Source of the DNA: an uncultured bacterium
GTDB lineage: Bacteria; Hydrothermota; UBA3073; NMUJ01
Direction of reading: 5' to 3'
NCBI GenBank assembly: GCA_965612795.1
Contig: CBFDTI010000005.1
Span: 1-32,775 of the forward strand
Length of the DNA stretch: 32,775 nucleotides
The notes below the pieces were generated by a model. That model was not told the origin of the DNA, did no database searches, and saw only the letters and a list, made by a program, of their open reading frames with translations. Made by a program: the position numbers and the translations under genes. Within the stretch, counting starts at the first letter, position 1. Each line of letters opens with the position of its first letter. Shown here in pieces: positions 10,561-21,206 of the stretch.

Positions 10561-11137
10561 AGAAGTTAAGAAAGAAGTTGAACAGGGAAAATACGTACCG
10601 AGGTTGAAAGAACTCTACATGAAAAAGGTGCGCCCGGAACTTATGAAACGCATGGGATACAAAAACATTTGGCAAGTACCGAGGCTTGTTAAGATCGTTA
10701 TAAACAGTGCAGTAGGAGAGGCAGTTCGTGATCCTACATACATAACGGAAGCTGAACAGACACTTGCTAAAATTACCGGTCAAAAACCCATAATTGTAAA
10801 AGCAAAACGTAATGTATCAGCATTTGGCTTAAGGAAAGGCAAGCCTATCGCAGCAAAGGTTACACTACGGGGTGACCGCATGTATGAGTTTCTCGATCGC
10901 TTCATAACGTTTGCAGCACCCCGGATACGTGATTTTAGAGGGTTTGATCCAGATTCTTTTGATGGACGTGGTAATTACTCTGTAGGTATAAGTGAGCAAC
11001 TTATTTTTCCAGAAATAAAATATGACGAAGTGAAACATGTTATAGGTATGGACATAACGATAGTGACAACAGCCGAAACTGACGAGGAGGCACGCGCATT
11101 ACTTGAGAGTTTGGGCTTCCCATTTAGAAGGAGGTAG
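10553..11137 (+). CDS. rplE: 50S ribosomal protein L5
   Basis: [31 protein letters not shown]. Confidence 0.98.
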   Translation: MSKEVKKEVEQGKYVPRLKELYMKKVRPELMKRMGYKNIWQVPRLVKIVINSAVGEAVRDPTYITEAEQTLAKITGQKPIIVKAKRNVSAFGLRKGKPIAAKVTLRGDRMYEFLDRFITFAAPRIRDFRGFDPDSFDGRGNYSVGISEQLIFPEIKYDEVKHVIGMDITIVTTAETDEEARALLESLGFPFRRR

Positions 11138-11138
11138 T

Positions 11139-11324
11139 ATGGCAAAAAAGAGTTGGATGGTTAAACAGAAAAAAGAACCCAAATATTCGACCCGAAAGTA
11201 CAACCGATGTCCAGTTTGTGGACGTGCACGCGCGTATCTGACCAAATTCGGATTGTGTCGAATATGTTTTAAGAAGTTTGCACTTGAAGGCTATATTCCT
11301 GGTGTTAAAAAGGCAAGTTGGTGA
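11139..11324 (+). CDS. rpsN: 30S ribosomal protein S14, zinc-binding short type
   Basis: MAKKS...RCPVCGR...LCRICF...GVKKASW; 61 aa from ATG 11139 after AGGAGG. Confidence 0.97.
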   Translation: MAKKSWMVKQKKEPKYSTRKYNRCPVCGRARAYLTKFGLCRICFKKFALEGYIPGVKKASW

Positions 11325-11716
11325 TGGGCAACGTAACCGATCCCATTGCAGATATGTTGACCAGAATACGTAATGCACTGATGGCGGATCATAAGGAGGT
11401 GTTAATACCAGCATCAAAAGTGAAGATCGGTATAGCCGATGTACTTAAGAGGGAAGGCTACATACAGGATTATGAAGTGATACCGGACAACAAACAAGGT
11501 AAGATACGCATAATATTCAAACGCAACCCTAACCCACTTGTGGCACTTGTTCGTGTGAGCAAACCCGGCAGAAGGATATATGTCTCAGCTAAGAAGATAC
11601 CACGTGTGAAGGGCGGTTTGGGTATATGCATATTGTCGACACCCATGGGTGTACTATCGGATAATGAAGCACGTAAGAAAAATGTTGGTGGTGAGTTACT
11701 GGCGATGGTCTGGTAG
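11324..11716 (+). CDS. rpsH: 30S ribosomal protein S8
   Basis: [27 protein letters not shown]. Confidence 0.98.
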   Translation: MGNVTDPIADMLTRIRNALMADHKEVLIPASKVKIGIADVLKREGYIQDYEVIPDNKQGKIRIIFKRNPNPLVALVRVSKPGRRIYVSAKKIPRVKGGLGICILSTPMGVLSDNEARKKNVGGELLAMVW

Positions 11717-11724
11717 GAGGTGTG

Positions 11725-12297
11725 ATGTCAAAGATTGGCAAGAAACCCATTTTATTGCCTGAAAACGTAAAGGTTGAAATAAGGGAAAATGCCGTAGAAG
11801 TGGTGGGGCCAAAAGGTAAGCTTGTACTTGAATTTCCTAACTATTTACAGATTGTAAAAGAAGACGGTAAGCTCCTCGTACGTGCTGTAGAAGATAAGAA
11901 GGCATATCGTAGGATGTGGGGCACCATACGTGCACATCTGAATAATATGGTGAAGGGCGTTACGGAAGGATTTACCAAAACCTTAATTTTACGTGGACGC
12001 GGTTACGAGATGAGTAAAGAGGGTAATAGGCTTAAGATTATGGTGGGGTTTTCGCGCCCTGTGTATGTAGATATACCGGATGATATAGAGGTGGAGTTAC
12101 CAGATCCACAGAAACTCATTGTCAAAGGTATCGACAAACAAAAAGTAGGTAACTTTGCTGCTAAAATACGCGCTATAAAGCCAGCAAAGAAATTTCCATA
12201 TGTACCTAAGGGTATGACAATGCCGAAAGGTTTTTATTACGAAGGTGAGCATGTACGTGTTAAAGCAGGTAAGAAAGGGCAGGTTGGCGGCAAATGA
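11725..12297 (+). CDS. rplF: 50S ribosomal protein L6
   Basis: [34 protein letters not shown]. Confidence 0.97.
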   Translation: MSKIGKKPILLPENVKVEIRENAVEVVGPKGKLVLEFPNYLQIVKEDGKLLVRAVEDKKAYRRMWGTIRAHLNNMVKGVTEGFTKTLILRGRGYEMSKEGNRLKIMVGFSRPVYVDIPDDIEVELPDPQKLIVKGIDKQKVGNFAAKIRAIKPAKKFPYVPKGMTMPKGFYYEGEHVRVKAGKKGQVGGK

Positions 12298-12647
12298 AGC
12301 GCTTAGCCGGTAGGGCAAAACGTCACAAACGTGTAAGACGCAAAATAAGTGGTACTCCTGAACGTCCACGTCTATGTGTGTTCAGGAGTCTCAAACACAT
12401 ATATGCGCAGATAATCGATGACACAATAGGGCATACACTTGTAGCTGCCTCTACGTTAGAGATACCTAAGGAACAGCTGGCTGGTAAGACTAAAGTTGAA
12501 CAAGCATATATGGTAGGTAAATTAATTGCCGAGAAAGCACTCAAAAAGGGTATAACAAAGGTGGTTTTCGATCGCGGCGGTTACAAATATCATGGTAGGG
12601 TGAAGGCGCTTGCTGAAGGTGCAAGGGAAGGTGGCCTTCTATTTTAA
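12294..12647 (+). CDS. rplR: 50S ribosomal protein L18
   Basis: [34 protein letters not shown]. Confidence 0.98.
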   Translation: MKRLAGRAKRHKRVRRKISGTPERPRLCVFRSLKHIYAQIIDDTIGHTLVAASTLEIPKEQLAGKTKVEQAYMVGKLIAEKALKKGITKVVFDRGGYKYHGRVKALAEGAREGGLLF

Positions 12648-12658
12648 GGAGGTATACA

Positions 12659-13159
12659 ATGAAGGAGAGCGAAATTTTGTCTCAGATAGAAAAAGAGGGT
12701 GCATTGGAGGAGAGGGTGCTCGCTATCCGACGGGTGACCAAAGTTATAACAGGTGGTAAAAGGTTACGTTTCTCAGTACTTTGCGCAGTAGGTGATAGGG
12801 CCGGTCGTGTAGGTGTAGCACTTGCCAAGGCTCCAGAAGTTGCTGATGGTATACAGAAATGTTTCAGACAGGCACGGAAAAACATGTTCCGTGTGAAAGT
12901 GGTGAATGATACGATTCCACATGAGGTGATGGTGAAATTTAAGGCAAGTAAAATGTTACTTAAACCAGCAGCCCCCGGTACGGGTGTGATAGCTTGTGAA
13001 CCCGTACGTGCGGTGTTGGAGCTTGCTGGCATTAAAAACATATTGACAAAATCTTTGGGCTCGAACAATGTAATAAACATGATACAAGCTACGGTAAAAG
13101 CACTTAAGGAGCTACGTACTTACGAAGAAGTGATGCGTGCACGAGGTAAAATGAAATGA
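12659..13159 (+). CDS. rpsE: 30S ribosomal protein S5
   Basis: [29 protein letters not shown]. Confidence 0.98.
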   Translation: MKESEILSQIEKEGALEERVLAIRRVTKVITGGKRLRFSVLCAVGDRAGRVGVALAKAPEVADGIQKCFRQARKNMFRVKVVNDTIPHEVMVKFKASKMLLKPAAPGTGVIACEPVRAVLELAGIKNILTKSLGSNNVINMIQATVKALKELRTYEEVMRARGKMK

Positions 13160-13353
13160 AGGCATTAAAAATAACGCAGATAAGGAGTGCTATAGGGAGG
13201 CCGAAGAAGCAGAAGCTTACCCTCCTAGCGTTAGGATTGCGTAGGAGGGAAGCTACAGTCATACATCGTGACACACCACAGATTAGGGGTATGATCGAGA
13301 AGGTGAAGCATCTTGTTAAGGTTGAAGAGATAGAATTACCGGAGGCAAAATGA
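13156..13353 (+). CDS. rpmD: 50S ribosomal protein L30
   Basis: [28 protein letters not shown]. Confidence 0.97.
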   Translation: MKALKITQIRSAIGRPKKQKLTLLALGLRRREATVIHRDTPQIRGMIEKVKHLVKVEEIELPEAK

Positions 13354-13775
13354 TCGAATTGAATAACTTGCCTAAATTAACTAAGAAGCGCAAAAGAGTA
13401 GGACGTGGACCCGGTTGCCATGGTACCACTGCAGGACGTGGTACAAAGGGCCAAAAAGCGCGTAGCCAGGTACATCCTGAGTTTGAAGGTGGCCAGATGC
13501 CACTCATTAGGAGATTGCCGAAGCGTGGATTCAAAAACATAGGGCGTGTAGAATACGAAATTGTAAATGTAAAGCAACTCAATATATTTCCGGATGGTAC
13601 ACGGGTTACCCCTGAGAAACTGAAACAGGCGGGTCTATACAAAGGTAAGTTACCCTTAAAGATATTAGGTGATGGCGAACTCCTGCGGCAATTGACAGTT
13701 GTAGCGCATAAGTTTAGCAAAAAAGCGAAAGAAGAAATAGAAAAGATGGGTGGTCAGATAGAAATACTTGAGTGA
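13350..13775 (+). CDS. rplO: 50S ribosomal protein L15
   Basis: [29 protein letters not shown]. Confidence 0.97.
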   Translation: MIELNNLPKLTKKRKRVGRGPGCHGTTAGRGTKGQKARSQVHPEFEGGQMPLIRRLPKRGFKNIGRVEYEIVNVKQLNIFPDGTRVTPEKLKQAGLYKGKLPLKILGDGELLRQLTVVAHKFSKKAKEEIEKMGGQIEILE

Positions 13776-15082
13776 TGTTTGGCAGATTTCGTGACATATT
13801 TAAGATACCGGATCTGCGAAATAGAATACTCTTTACGCTTGCGTTACTTGCAGTTTATAGATTGGGTGGCCACATCCCATTACCGGGGGTGGATACCAAA
13901 GCGCTGCTAAGCTTCTTTGCCGGTGCGAGAGGTACAATACTTGGGTTGTACGACATCTTTGTAGGTGGTAACCTTGCTAACGGCACGATATTTGGACTTG
14001 GTATAATGCCGTATATCAGTGCCTCCATTATATTACAGTTGTTGGGTGCGGCAGTACCTTACTTCCAGAAGTTGATGAGAGAAGGTGAAGAAGGTAGACG
14101 TAAAATCACCCAGTACACACGTTACCTTACAGTAGCTATAAGCACTTTACAGGGGTTTGGGATAGCAGTGATGTTAGAGAACCTTCGTGCCCCTAGTGGT
14201 GTAGTGGTAGTGAACCCTGGGCTTAGATTTAAATTCTTAACAGTGCTCACACTTGTTGCGGGTACAATATTTATAATGTGGTTAGGTGAGCTCATCACCG
14301 AACGTGGCATCGGAAACGGTATTTCACTCATAATAATGGTGGGAATTATTGCAAGGTTTCCAAACTATTTCATCCGGATGTTACAGATGGTAAGGGTGGG
14401 GTTAAGTCCGGTGGCCGTGTTTGTGGTGTTAGCGACGTTCTTCTTCTTCACGTTAGCGCTTGTGTGGGTGACACAAGCACAACGCCGTATACCGGTACAG
14501 TACGCACAACGTGTGGTGGGCAGAAGGATATACGGGGGAAGGAGCACACATATACCATTAACGATGAACACGGCAGGCGTTATCCCTATAATTTTCGCAC
14601 AATCTGCACTTATGTTACCAGCAACGATGGCACGCTTCTTTTCTGCCAACCCTATTGCACAGGAAGTGGTCAACATCTTCAACCCACAAAGTTGGATCTA
14701 TAACCTATTTTACACAGGGTTAATAGTGTTCTTCGCATACTTCTACACAGCTATAGTAATAAATCCGCAAGATTTGGCCGATAATCTAAAACGTTATGGC
14801 GGATTCATACCCGGAGTACGACCGGGCGAGAAGACTGCTCAATATATAGACCATATTCTCACACGTATAACATTACCGGGTGCACTATTCTTCGCATTTG
14901 CAGCTATAGTACCAACCTACATAACAACTAGACTTAATGTACCGTTCTACTTCGGGGGTACCTCACTCATAATTGTGGTGGGTGTTGCACTCGATACTTT
15001 ACGTCAGATAGAGGCACACCTTGTTATGCGTCACTATGAGGGTTTCTTACACAGGGGTAGAATAAGAGGTAGACGCGGATGA
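13775..15082 (+). CDS. secY: Preprotein translocase subunit SecY
   Basis: LGIMPYISASII, GIGNGISLII, GVIPIIFA, IPGVRPG, FGGTSLII. Confidence 0.99.
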   Translation: MFGRFRDIFKIPDLRNRILFTLALLAVYRLGGHIPLPGVDTKALLSFFAGARGTILGLYDIFVGGNLANGTIFGLGIMPYISASIILQLLGAAVPYFQKLMREGEEGRRKITQYTRYLTVAISTLQGFGIAVMLENLRAPSGVVVVNPGLRFKFLTVLTLVAGTIFIMWLGELITERGIGNGISLIIMVGIIARFPNYFIRMLQMVRVGLSPVAVFVVLATFFFFTLALVWVTQAQRRIPVQYAQRVVGRRIYGGRSTHIPLTMNTAGVIPIIFAQSALMLPATMARFFSANPIAQEVVNIFNPQSWIYNLFYTGLIVFFAYFYTAIVINPQDLADNLKRYGGFIPGVRPGEKTAQYIDHILTRITLPGALFFAFAAIVPTYITTRLNVPFYFGGTSLIIVVGVALDTLRQIEAHLVMRHYEGFLHRGRIRGRRG

Positions 15083-15720
15083 ACATCATCATCTTAGGAC
15101 CACCGGGTGTAGGTAAAGGTACACAGGCAGTAAGGTTGGCACAAATGGGCTGGATACATATTTCCACTGGCGATATACTACGTGAGAGCATAGAAAAAGG
15201 TGACGCACTTGGCAATAAAATAGCACAATACGTACATAGGGGTGAACTGGTTCCCGATCACCTAATTGTGGAGGTACTCAAGCAAAAACTACAGGAGGTC
15301 GATCGCAATTCCAACATCATCTTGGACGGCTTTCCGCGCAATGTTGAGCAGGCCAAGGCACTTGAAGGGTTGATTAAAGTAGATAAAGTGTTATATTTAA
15401 AATGTAACGACGAGCAGATCATTAAAAGGTTAACTGCAAGACGAATATGTCCACAGTGCGGTGAGGTTTATAATATTATTACTAAACCACCCAGTGATAA
15501 TATGAAATGTGATAAATGTGGGAGTTCGCTTACACAACGGGAAGACGATCGTGAGGATGTGATACGTAAACGGTTGGATGTATATTACCGTGAAACTGCA
15601 CCGTTGGTTGAGTATTATCGAAGAAATGGGCTACTGGAAGAGATAGATGCAACTGGTACAATAGATGAAGTTTTTGCCCAAATTCGTGAAAAAATAGAAG
15701 AATGGGCAAAAAGAAAATGA
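15079..15720 (+). CDS. adk: Adenylate kinase (zinc-binding LID)
   Basis: [29 protein letters not shown]...CDKC, REDD. Confidence 0.97.
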   Translation: MNIIILGPPGVGKGTQAVRLAQMGWIHISTGDILRESIEKGDALGNKIAQYVHRGELVPDHLIVEVLKQKLQEVDRNSNIILDGFPRNVEQAKALEGLIKVDKVLYLKCNDEQIIKRLTARRICPQCGEVYNIITKPPSDNMKCDKCGSSLTQREDDREDVIRKRLDVYYRETAPLVEYYRRNGLLEEIDATGTIDEVFAQIREKIEEWAKRK

Positions 15721-15917
15721 TACAAATGGAAGGTACGGTCAAAGAAGTATTGAAGGGTGGACTATTTCGTGTAGTGCTCGATAATGGATTGGAGGTGCTT
15801 GCCCATAGCTCCGGTAAAATGCGCATGCATTTTATTAGAATCGTGGAAGGTGACCGCGTACGGGTTGAACTTAGCCCTTATGATTTAACACGTGGCCGTA
15901 TTATATACAGATTTTGA
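15702..15917 (+). CDS. infA: Translation initiation factor IF-1
   Basis: [28 protein letters not shown]. Confidence 0.97.
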   Translation: MGKKKMIQMEGTVKEVLKGGLFRVVLDNGLEVLAHSSGKMRMHFIRIVEGDRVRVELSPYDLTRGRIIYRF

Positions 15918-15926
15918 GGAGGTAAA

Positions 15927-16043
15927 ATGAAAGTGAAAGCTTCCGTTAAAAAGCGTTGTAGGGATTGCAAGATCGTGCGCAGGAAAGGTATCGTCCGAGT
16001 AATATGTAAAAAGAATCCAAAACATAACCAAAGGCAGGGCTAA
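15927..16043 (+). CDS. rpmJ: 50S ribosomal protein L36 (zinc-binding type)
   Basis: Hand translation [38 protein letters not shown] (38 aa); GGAGG SD; below the ORF-track cutoff. Confidence 0.97.
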   Translation: MKVKASVKKRCRDCKIVRRKGIVRVICKKNPKHNQRQG

Positions 16044-16417
16044 TGGCACGTATAGCAGGACGTGATCTGCCACCAAACAAGAGGATAGAGGTTGCGCTCA
16101 CTTATATCTACGGGATTGGATTGTCACGTTCACGTAAAATACTGGAAGCTACGGGAGTGGATCCTGACAAAAGGGTGAAAGATTTAACCGAAAAGGAGAT
16201 AGAATTATTACGTAAGGAGATAGAAGGTAAATACAAAGTTGAAGGTGCACTACGTGCAGAGATAAGGGATAACATTAAAAGACTAATAGCGATAAGGTGT
16301 TGGCGTGGCTTAAGGCATGAAGCTGGCTTACCGGTGCGGGGACAACGTACCCGGACAAACGCACGTACCCGCAAGGGGCCACGAGGTGCACAAATAGGTA
16401 AACGTAAAAAGAGCTAA
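16043..16417 (+). CDS. rpsM: 30S ribosomal protein S13
   Basis: [32 protein letters not shown]. Confidence 0.98.
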   Translation: MARIAGRDLPPNKRIEVALTYIYGIGLSRSRKILEATGVDPDKRVKDLTEKEIELLRKEIEGKYKVEGALRAEIRDNIKRLIAIRCWRGLRHEAGLPVRGQRTRTNARTRKGPRGAQIGKRKKS

Positions 16418-16428
16418 TAGGAGATAAA

Positions 16429-16812
16429 ATGGCACGACGTGGTGGAACCAAAAGGTTAAAAAAGGTGCCGGTTGAAGGCATAGTGCATATCCATACCACT
16501 TTTAACAACACGATAGTAACGGTTACAGATAAGGAAGGTAACGTAATAACATGGGCAAGCGGCGGCACCATAGGGTATAAGGGGACAAAGAAGGGTACAC
16601 CATTTGCAGCTGGATTAGCAGCGCGTGAGGTTGCACGCAAGGTATATGATGCAGGTATGCGACGCGTGGAAATATGGATAAAGGGGCCAGGTCCTGGTCG
16701 AGAGACGGCAGTCCGTGCAATACATGGTGAAGGACTTGAGGTTACTGCTATAAGAGATAAAACCCCTATACCACATAACGGATGTAGACCACCTAAAAAA
16801 CGGAGAGTGTAA
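16429..16812 (+). CDS. rpsK: 30S ribosomal protein S11
   Basis: [27 protein letters not shown]. Confidence 0.98.
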   Translation: MARRGGTKRLKKVPVEGIVHIHTTFNNTIVTVTDKEGNVITWASGGTIGYKGTKKGTPFAAGLAAREVARKVYDAGMRRVEIWIKGPGPGRETAVRAIHGEGLEVTAIRDKTPIPHNGCRPPKKRRV

Positions 16813-17438
16813 TGGCAAGATATACTGGACCAAAATGTCGTCTATGTAGGCGTGAGGGTGTCAAGTTATATCTTAAAGGCGACAAATGTTATAGTGAGAA
16901 GTGTCCACTTGAGCGCCGTAGACCCGGTCCACCGGGTGAGCGTCCCAAGAAGCTCATAAAGAAACCTACCGGTTATGCGTTACATTTGCGTGAGAAACAG
17001 AAGGTACGCCGCCACTACATGGTGTCAGAGACACAGTTTAGACGTTACTTTGAGATGGCAGAAAGGATGGAGGGCGATACGGGTGAACTACTCTTCCAGC
17101 TACTTGAGAGACGACTCGATAATGTAGTGTATAGGCTTAAATGGGCACCTTCACGTGTAGCAGCACGGCAGCTGGTAGCCCATCGACACGTATTGGTTAA
17201 CGGAAGAAGAGTTAGCATACCTTCAATACTTGTACGTGTGGGAGATAAGATTGAGTTACATCCCGATAGTAGAGATATACAACCGGTACAGTTGGGATTG
17301 AAACAGGATCGTGAGATACCAAGTTGGTTGCAGCTTGACGGTGATCAGTTCACTGCAAAAGTGGTGGCATTACCTACGCTTGCAAATGTGGATATACCTG
17401 TCAATCCAGGTATGATAATCGAATTCTATTCTAAATAA
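16812..17438 (+). CDS. rpsD: 30S ribosomal protein S4
   Basis: [33 protein letters not shown]. Confidence 0.98.
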   Translation: MARYTGPKCRLCRREGVKLYLKGDKCYSEKCPLERRRPGPPGERPKKLIKKPTGYALHLREKQKVRRHYMVSETQFRRYFEMAERMEGDTGELLFQLLERRLDNVVYRLKWAPSRVAARQLVAHRHVLVNGRRVSIPSILVRVGDKIELHPDSRDIQPVQLGLKQDREIPSWLQLDGDQFTAKVVALPTLANVDIPVNPGMIIEFYSK

Positions 17439-17449
17439 TTGGGGGGTAC

Positions 17450-18442
17450 ATGAAGTTTGTAAGATATAAATTACCGGAGAAAATCGAGATCCTTGAGCAT
17501 ACTCCATTCTATGGTAAGTTTCTGTTTACACCACTTGAAAAAGGCATGGGTTGGGCGATAGGTAATGCCTTAAGGAGGGTGCTTTTATCGTCAATACCTG
17601 GAGCGGCCATAACTGCGTTACGGATCGATGGCGTATGGCATGAATTCTCGTCCCTCGAAAATATACGTGAAGATGTACCCGAAATCATACTTAACCTTAA
17701 GAAGGTAAAGTTAAAGCTGACGGAGGTCTTCGAGACCACATTGAGACTGGAGGTACAGAAGAAAGGTGAAGTGAGGGCTAAGGATTTAAAAGGTGATCAT
17801 CATGTGGAGATCGTGAATCCCGACCAGTATCTATTTACGATAGTTGAAGATCTCGAACGTCCGTTACGAATGGAGATGGAGGTGACTACTGGTCGAGGTT
17901 ATACACCGCTCGAGTATCTGAGGCGTAAGAATGCACCCGTGGGTACTATATTTATGGATGGATTGTATTCACCTGTTACAAGGGTGACCTTTGAGGTTGG
18001 TGCTACACGTGTGGAGGAACGTGTGGACTATGATGAATTAACCATGGAGATATGGACTGATGGTAGGGTTGACCCCAAATCAGCGCTCGTAGCGGCAAGC
18101 AAGTTGCTCATATTGCATATGGAAAGGATATCAGAACTTGAAGCTGTGCCGGTTGAACTCGTGAAAGGGCTCACAAAGGAAGAAGAGGAATTTTTACGTA
18201 AGATACAACAACCTATTGATGCGCTCAAGGATATGATAAGCTCACGTACTCTGAAAGCACTCAAAGATGCAGGGATTGAAACCGTTAGTGACCTTATACA
18301 GTATTCTGAGGAGGAGATTTACCAAATACCAAACATTGGACGTAAGTCGATTGACCAATTGAAGACAGCGCTGGGTATGTTAAATCTTGCCCTCGGTATG
18401 CAACTTGAGGAGAAGTTCAAAAAATACACAATAGAGAGGTAA
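17450..18442 (+). CDS. rpoA: DNA-directed RNA polymerase subunit alpha
   Basis: PLEKGMG, GNALRRVLLSSIPG, HEFS, GRGY, YSPV, IWTDG, NIGRKS. Confidence 0.97.
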   Translation: MKFVRYKLPEKIEILEHTPFYGKFLFTPLEKGMGWAIGNALRRVLLSSIPGAAITALRIDGVWHEFSSLENIREDVPEIILNLKKVKLKLTEVFETTLRLEVQKKGEVRAKDLKGDHHVEIVNPDQYLFTIVEDLERPLRMEMEVTTGRGYTPLEYLRRKNAPVGTIFMDGLYSPVTRVTFEVGATRVEERVDYDELTMEIWTDGRVDPKSALVAASKLLILHMERISELEAVPVELVKGLTKEEEEFLRKIQQPIDALKDMISSRTLKALKDAGIETVSDLIQYSEEEIYQIPNIGRKSIDQLKTALGMLNLALGMQLEEKFKKYTIER

Positions 18443-18443
18443 C

Positions 18444-18851
18444 ATGCGTCACAAAGTGAAGCGTATCAAATTAAGTCGTGACCTCGACCATAAGCGTGCT
18501 TTATTACGTAACCTCGTAGCTGCATTGTTCACACATAAAGCTATTGTTACCACAGAGGCGAAGGCACATGCTGCACGCTCACTTGCGGAGCGTTTGATAC
18601 ATATCGCTAAGAGGGGAGATCTCGCTGCCCGTAGAGAAGTGTTGGCGAGGTTGCCACAGCCGGATGTTGTGAGGCACCTTTTTGATGTTATAGTACCAAA
18701 AGTACGCGAAAGAGAGGGAGGATACACTCAGATACTACACTATGGGATAAGGAAAAGCGATGGTGCACGTCTTGTCCTGTGGAAGTTGACCGACTTCGAG
18801 AAAGAGGTGACAACCAAACCAGAAGAAAAATCTACCAAACAGGGAGCATAA
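18444..18851 (+). CDS. rplQ: 50S ribosomal protein L17
   Basis: MRHK, TTEAKA, REGGYT. Confidence 0.97.
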   Translation: MRHKVKRIKLSRDLDHKRALLRNLVAALFTHKAIVTTEAKAHAARSLAERLIHIAKRGDLAARREVLARLPQPDVVRHLFDVIVPKVREREGGYTQILHYGIRKSDGARLVLWKLTDFEKEVTTKPEEKSTKQGA

Positions 18852-19810
18852 TGCGGAGGATTGCATCTATCCTATTTTTGCTTTGGGTAGGTTCGTTATT
18901 TGCGGAAGTAAAGATCGGGTTCATTAACTCACAGAAAATACTGGATGGATATCGTGGCAAAGAAACATTATTGAACGAATACAATAGACGTAAGCAAGAA
19001 TGGGAGGCAAAAGCACAACAGATGCAAACCGAAATACGCGATCTGTATAATGCCTTAGAAGAGCAGCGTGCAATGCTATCCGAAGAGGCGTTTGATAGGA
19101 GGCTTTCCGAAATTCGTCAGAAGGAAGCCGAATATCAACAATTTTTACAGGAAGTGTTTGCCCCGGGAGGTAAACTCGAACAACTCTATAGCGAGGTGAT
19201 GGACCCCTTCATACGTAGGGTGAAGGAGATAACTCAGAGAATAGCACAGGAAGAAGGCTATACTGTGATACTCGATCTTGCCAGCGGTATGGTACTTTAC
19301 TATGATGAGAAAGACGACCTTACTCAGAAGGTGCTCAACGAACTAAATGCGGAGTTTATACAGGCTGAGATAGATACGACACCATCGTTGCTCGGTAGAC
19401 CACGTTTCTGGGTGTTTAAGTTTAAAGAGCTGGACGATGAAAGTAAGCGATTGGGGTTAGGCAGTAAGATGGCAAGCTTCATGAAGGCCGCTATTGCAGT
19501 TATCGGTGAATACGAAATAGCTGAGGGAGATCGTATCAAAAGCGCAGTAGGGGATGCAGGACTTGTAGGTAAGAGGGAAGAAGACTTCGATTTCCACGAT
19601 GCACTGGAGGTGGGTAGGTTGGTGCCGCTCGATCTGGTCATTATTGGTGAAGTTAGTACATCAGGAGGTGTGGTTACCGGTAAATGTAAGGTTATAAGTG
19701 TAAAAGAGGAGGCTGTGATAAGTGAGGTTGAGGAGACCGTGACGGGTACCTCTGAGGAGGCTATAAAGACGCTCGTCTCGAAGATGGTGGAGAAGATACA
19801 ATTTCCATGA
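18851..19810 (+). CDS. Skp/OmpH-family periplasmic chaperone with extra C-terminal alpha/beta (CsgG/FlgO/TolB-N-like) domain
   Basis: Signal peptide MRRIASILFLLWVGSLFA, then KIGFINSQKIL, a coiled coil and IAQEEGYTVILD...DLTQKVL (OmpH pattern), plus ~135 extra aa. TAATG overlap with rplQ; precedes lpxD. Confidence 0.85.
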   Translation: MRRIASILFLLWVGSLFAEVKIGFINSQKILDGYRGKETLLNEYNRRKQEWEAKAQQMQTEIRDLYNALEEQRAMLSEEAFDRRLSEIRQKEAEYQQFLQEVFAPGGKLEQLYSEVMDPFIRRVKEITQRIAQEEGYTVILDLASGMVLYYDEKDDLTQKVLNELNAEFIQAEIDTTPSLLGRPRFWVFKFKELDDESKRLGLGSKMASFMKAAIAVIGEYEIAEGDRIKSAVGDAGLVGKREEDFDFHDALEVGRLVPLDLVIIGEVSTSGGVVTGKCKVISVKEEAVISEVEETVTGTSEEAIKTLVSKMVEKIQFP

Positions 19811-20823
19811 AAGTAAAGGATATAGCGGATATATTGGATGGTGAAGTAGATGGTGACACCGAGCGCGAGATCAAAGATATAGCACCTGTTGACGAAGTCG
19901 ACGAAAATACGATCGCTGTGTTACGGGGGGAAGAAGATTGGTATAAAATTAAAAAGAAGGCGGGTGCTGTAATAATCCCACATAATGTAGTGCCAGATCG
20001 CAAGTTAAGCTATAGTTTCATAAGAGTTAAAAATACAGAAGTGGCTTTTGTACGTCTCGTTGAGTTATTTTATCCAAGAGAGGTACCGCAACCCTCCATA
20101 AGCCCAATGGCATACTTAGGCGATGTTAAGTTAGGCAAAAATGTGTACATAGGCGCATATACGTGGATAGGGGATGCGGTTGAAATAGGTGATTGTACTG
20201 TTATATATCCACTCGTGTACATTGCAGGGGGTACTAAGATAGGAGCTAACACTATAATATACCCAGGTGTTGTGATCTATCCACGTGTTACAATAGGGTC
20301 GAATGTCGTGATACATAGTGGTACGATTATCGGTGGCCCCGGTTTTGGCTACGTAAGGTGTGAAGATGGGTGGTTACATATACCACAGGTTGGTGGTGTA
20401 GTTATCGAGGATGACGTTCATATAGGGGCAAACGTCACCATAGATAGTGGGACGTTACGACCTACTCGTATCGGTAAGGGGGTTAAGATCGATAACCTTG
20501 TCCAAATTGCACATAATGTGAAGATAGGTGAGAATACAGTTATTGCGGCACAAACCGGTATTGCGGGTAGCTCGGAGCTCGGCAACTGGGTGGTATTAGG
20601 GGGACAAGTGGGTATCACTGACCATGTGAAGTTAGGCGACGGTGTTATGGTAGCTGCACAGTCGGGTGTTACAAAAAGTGCACCACCGAATACTAAACTG
20701 TTCGGTTACCCCGCACGTGAATATAATAAAGCGCGACGCACCTATGCGATATTGTTTGAACTACCCCAAATTGCACGTAAAGTGAAAGAACTGGAGAAAC
20801 GGTTAAAAGAACGAGAGATATGA
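19807..20823 (+). CDS. lpxD: UDP-3-O-acylglucosamine N-acyltransferase
   Basis: Hexapeptide repeats, GFGY, HIPQVGGVVIEDDV, KIDNLVQIAHNV, GQVGITDH, GYPA. Confidence 0.95.
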   Translation: MKVKDIADILDGEVDGDTEREIKDIAPVDEVDENTIAVLRGEEDWYKIKKKAGAVIIPHNVVPDRKLSYSFIRVKNTEVAFVRLVELFYPREVPQPSISPMAYLGDVKLGKNVYIGAYTWIGDAVEIGDCTVIYPLVYIAGGTKIGANTIIYPGVVIYPRVTIGSNVVIHSGTIIGGPGFGYVRCEDGWLHIPQVGGVVIEDDVHIGANVTIDSGTLRPTRIGKGVKIDNLVQIAHNVKIGENTVIAAQTGIAGSSELGNWVVLGGQVGITDHVKLGDGVMVAAQSGVTKSAPPNTKLFGYPAREYNKARRTYAILFELPQIARKVKELEKRLKEREI

Positions 20824-21206
20824 AGATCTTCACACCACTCGAACAAAAGCTTCTACTTATATTGCTGGCGGGTGTATTCATAGGGGTTGTAGTGTATTGG
20901 TTAAAGTTAAAGGAAAGCCCAATAGTGAGCGAGTTCGTAATCGAAACCATTGGCACAGCTGTAGATACTATAAAAGAAGGTGAGCCAAATATCCATGTAA
21001 TATCACAAAAGAAGGTTAACCTCAACACCGCCACATTTGAGGAACTGTTGAGGTTACCAGGTGTAGGCCCCGCTATTGCAAATGAGATCATAAAATATCG
21101 TGAGAAACACAAATTTACGAAGATAACAGATATAATGAAGGTACCGGGGATAGGTAAAAAGAAATTTGCAAGACTAAAAGATTTAATATGTGTAAATGAA
21201 CGATAG
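20820..21206 (+). CDS. ComEA-family helix-hairpin-helix DNA-binding protein
   Basis: N-terminal TM segment, then VNLNTATFEELLRLPGVGPAIANEIIKYR and VPGIGKK. Confidence 0.88.
   Translation: MKIFTPLEQKLLLILLAGVFIGVVVYWLKLKESPIVSEFVIETIGTAVDTIKEGEPNIHVISQKKVNLNTATFEELLRLPGVGPAIANEIIKYREKHKFTKITDIMKVPGIGKKKFARLKDLICVNER

Noticed and set aside
4713..21112. Short - strand ORFs across the ribosomal operon
   Set aside because: Antisense shadows of conserved genes with no recognisable motifs.
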